Below, in pieces: positions 62,471 through 64,000 of a stretch of 64,000 bases of DNA. The stretch is from Podarcis liolepis (taxonomy: Eukaryota), in NCBI GenBank assembly GCA_965112155.1, contig OZ218098.1, one strand, 5' to 3'. The position numbers were made by a program, and so were the translations under genes. Within the stretch, counting starts at the first letter, position 1, and every line of letters starts with the position of its first letter. The notes under the pieces are model-generated. The model was not told the DNA's origin. It saw only the letters and a list, made by a program, of their open reading frames with translations, and ran no database searches.

Positions 62471-64000
62471 GAAAGGAGAAACTATGGTAAAACTTTTTGT
62501 ACAACTGGAGGTAGAAGTGAATGAGGCTAAATGCTGTGACAGGATACTACAAATGTTAACAGGGTTCAAAATTAGCAGGGCGCCAGGCACATTTTCCACC
62601 TAAAGATTCACTATTTGTGAGCACCTCAAAAAGCCTGGGTGCCATTTTTTGTACCTGGCTGTCACTCAAGGATTACTGAAATGAATGTTCTTTGAAGAAT
62701 ATGTGAAGGATAGACAATATGTTAAGGAGTTTCATAATAAAGAGTAGAGTGTTTTGAAAACTGAAGCATGGTACCAATATTTATATTGTAAACACCAAAT
62801 TAAACATGTATTAACAATTTCTGCTAAAAATGTGATATTAACAATGTGTCACTTAAGTGAATTGCGTATTCGTTCATGTTTATCAAAATAATAAATAAAA
62901 AGTGCTGCCAACCCCCCCCCCCAATGGCGACTAGACATTCTGTTTGGGTGCCCACAACCCAGGTCCCAGAAGCCTTTTGGCTCCTAGCTTTTTAATCCCA
63001 GTTTCTAACACTGATTGTGAAGGGATGTGATGGAGTGAAGCTGTTCTGTAAAGTTATACCTAGTTTAACTTTCTGCGGTTCAGTTGGCACATTGAACATT
63101 GCTAGGAAGGCAATAGAAAGCCAGTGACAAGGCTGAAACCTGATTGTTAATGTGCCCCCACTCACCTATCCCTATGGAGATGTGAGCTATTATGTCCCAG
63201 GTCTAGCTTCTGAGCAGCGTTCCAGGGCAGTTCCCATTAGAGACCAATACTTGAAATCTTGAGCTAACGTTGTTGATCTAAATTGCTGAAATGTCAAAGT
63301 GGGAAATAAGGCACTGCAGTCCTCTATCAATTCATAAAAGCCAAAAGTGTGTGTACTATACTGCAACCTTCTTTTGCAGTCAACTAGAAATCCAGGATAT
63401 GGGAATTCTCCCAGACTGAGAGTTTATGAATGGCTAAAGGAAACCAGAGTCTACTATTGGTGACCTGAACTAGCTCTCAGCAGCAGCAGCAGCCTCTGAA
63501 TATCAAAACTGCTAAGCCAAGGTCAGATATGAAGGGAAAAGCTGGTTATTACTTTACTATTGTCGCTTTACTCTAGATTACTAGAGTAATCTAGTAATCT
63601 GTGGTGTCACACACATTTTGAGCAGCAGACAACACAAAGGAAGGTGCAGAACTCCCAAGTAAAGTCATGTGGCTGTGATGATGTACTAGACATGAGGGAT
63701 CAGCAAATAAATTCTGGTATTAAATAGTGTCTGTTGCTAGTTCATCCAGCAGATGTCACACTTAGCAATGCAGCTGTTGAATTGGTAGCTGAAAGCCTTA
63801 AAAGAAGGTTGAAAGATGAAGACAGGTTGTGCTTGCTACCTATGCGTGGGCTTCATTTCCTTGACCTCGTTTATCTGTTTGAGAAGTTCCTTATTTGTGA
63901 AGTGTGCGCCTGCACTGGGTGAATGGAGCTAATGATGACTAAATGAAGGCTGTCCCTCTCTGAATCATGTTTCACAGATTGGCCATGTGTGAAAAGAGAG

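Overview
Vertebrate genomic DNA. The repeat content points to a squamate reptile, probably a lacertid lizard (inference). The window holds the conserved ATG13-HARBI1-AMBRA1 cluster. ATG13 is complete on the - strand: 17 coding exons over 6904-23236, 550 aa with a 33-aa cassette exon and 517 aa without it. It sits head-to-head with HARBI1 across a CpG island (~27.8-29.1 kb). HARBI1 is a domesticated Harbinger transposase on the + strand (2 coding exons, 348 aa, D149/D199/D225/E261 intact). A second CpG island (~38.3-39.3 kb) starts AMBRA1 (+), of which the first 6 coding exons (700 codons) are present; the gene runs off the right edge. The first ~2 kb looks like the 3' UTR of a convergent + strand gene (ARHGAP1 by synteny only). 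Introns are full of Tc1/mariner-, hAT- and Harbinger-like MITEs and of L1, L2, CR1, RTE, Penelope and SINE fragments. I see no new protein-coding system. The best leads are regulatory: an AG|GTGAGT recursive-splice-type site at the start of the HARBI1 coding exon, a candidate poison micro-exon in ATG13, loss of the AMBRA1 exitron acceptor next to a polyproline expansion, uORFs in both autophagy genes, two Harbinger-like MITEs with CTCF-like motifs bracketing HARBI1, and a clean twin-primed L1-type insertion. All coordinates were read by eye and comparisons to human genes are from memory.
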